This document shows positions 35,410 to 36,313 of a stretch of DNA of 36,313 nt, in pieces (the first letter of the stretch is position 1; the number at the start of each line of letters is the position of its first letter). The translations under genes and the position numbers were made by a program. The notes under the pieces are model-generated. The model searched no databases. It saw only the letters and a list, made by a program, of their open reading frames with translations, and was not told the origin of the DNA. The stretch spans positions 1 to 36,313 of the forward strand of contig JBGUEB010000003.1 of assembly GCA_041821565.1 (NCBI GenBank). The letters are read 5' to 3'. The stretch is from Gammaproteobacteria bacterium. GTDB taxonomy: Bacteria > Pseudomonadota > Gammaproteobacteria > GCA-001735895.

Positions 35410-36008
35410 AAAAATTGACAGGACTATTATTGTTCTTGTTTTGTCTACAGACGGTTATAGCGGTTGAAATTGGCCCTCAGGAACTGATCGAACAAACCAC
35501 TAGCCGCTTGTTAATAGAGATCAAATCTAACTCGGAGAAATTTCAGCAAGACCCCAGCAAACTGTATTCGCTGGTCGATGAGGTCGTGTTACCGCATTTT
35601 GATTTCGAAAGCATGATCGATCTGGTACTGGGTCGTTATCGGAATAAGGTTAGCGCCGAGCAACGCCCCCTGATTGTCAAGGAATTCCAGGCTTTACTGG
35701 TACGGACTTATAGCAGAGCCCTGCTCGACTACAATGACCAGGAAATTATCTATTTGCCGATGGAAATTTCTATTGAAACCGGTAGTGCGACGGTTAAAAC
35801 CGAAATAGAGCAAGCTGGCGGTTTCCCGATTCCGCTAAACTATAGCCTGAAACAGAGTGACCATGGTTGGAAGGTCTACGATATCAGTGTCGATGATGTC
35901 AGTCTGGTTACCAACTATAGCGCCAGTTTTGCGCGCCAGATCAGGAAACATGGCGTCGATGGTTTGATCGAGACCCTGCGTGAGCGCAATCAGGATCGGC
36001 AAATTTAG
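35406..36008 (+). CDS. MlaC/Ttg2D family phospholipid-binding periplasmic protein
   Basis: VLPHFDF, F..LLVRTY..AL, WKVYDISVDDVSLVTNY...F, GVDGLI; ATGA overlap with the TolC gene. Confidence 0.92.
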   Translation: MKKLTGLLLFLFCLQTVIAVEIGPQELIEQTTSRLLIEIKSNSEKFQQDPSKLYSLVDEVVLPHFDFESMIDLVLGRYRNKVSAEQRPLIVKEFQALLVRTYSRALLDYNDQEIIYLPMEISIETGSATVKTEIEQAGGFPIPLNYSLKQSDHGWKVYDISVDDVSLVTNYSASFARQIRKHGVDGLIETLRERNQDRQI

Positions 36009-36180
36009 TCTGACTTCCTCGCAGGGAAGCAGGGCCCAGGTTACAAACTAAGCCGCACATTCCTTTCAGGCTTCTGATAGAATACTCGCCGTAAAATTGC
36101 TTCCGTTAAAACATAACGTTAGCCCGAATATTGCACGAGGGCGGCACCTAAATGGGTAAATATTTTTATAATTAAATAAT

Positions 36181-36313
36181 TTATATCAGAATGTCGATAT
36201 GATTCAAAATTACAGTTTGTGCCTGAACGAATTCAGGAAAAATCTGGCTGCTCTCGGCAACTGCTCCCTGCATTGCTCTACCACCTACGTCCATGTAGGC
36301 GATCTTGATCGAT
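36181..36313. other. Probable edge-truncated CDS, strand unresolved
   Basis: Mirror frames are both open: plus from ATG 36199 (MIQNYSLCLNEFRKNLAALGNCSLHCSTTYVHVGDLDR) and minus ending TAA at 36181 (SIKIAYMDVGG...HIDILI*). Confidence 0.35.

Overview
This is a core-chromosome segment of a Gammaproteobacterium, with no mobile elements, CRISPR arrays, rRNA or tRNA seen. From left to right it holds: a truncated ABC-2/GldA-like ATPase (minus strand, missed by the ORF track); rpmB-rpmG; a folate/pterin and tRNA-maturation cluster (folB, folK, orphan hisC, pteridine reductase, MidA/NDUFAF7-like methyltransferase, uppP, VanZ, cca, NDUFA9-like epimerase); rhlB/trxA/rho plus a UDG-superfamily glycosylase; a secreted HEXXH metallopeptidase-like gene, a GFA protein, an aminotransferase and glyoxalase I; class Ia ribonucleotide reductase nrdAB with tandem NrdR boxes and a DnaA box; a ROK kinase; mgtE; the yrbG-kdsD-kdsC-lptCAB-rpoN-hpf-ptsN-hprK-rapZ-ptsH operon; fabA; and a divergent TolC + MlaC-like pair. 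Three signals are least explained. (1) Two tandem ~90-nt copies of a two-hairpin RNA element with compensatory stem changes and an invariant CGCUCUU loop start at the nrdB stop codon; they are candidate sibling 3'UTR sRNAs or a cis element. (2) An unannotated 33-codon, in-frame internally deleted PTS EIIA(Man) gene lies between rapZ and ptsH and keeps the phospho-His. (3) A TolC-MlaC two-gene unit sits near where mlaFEDCB lies in enterobacteria. All product calls come from motif recognition by eye; no database search was run.
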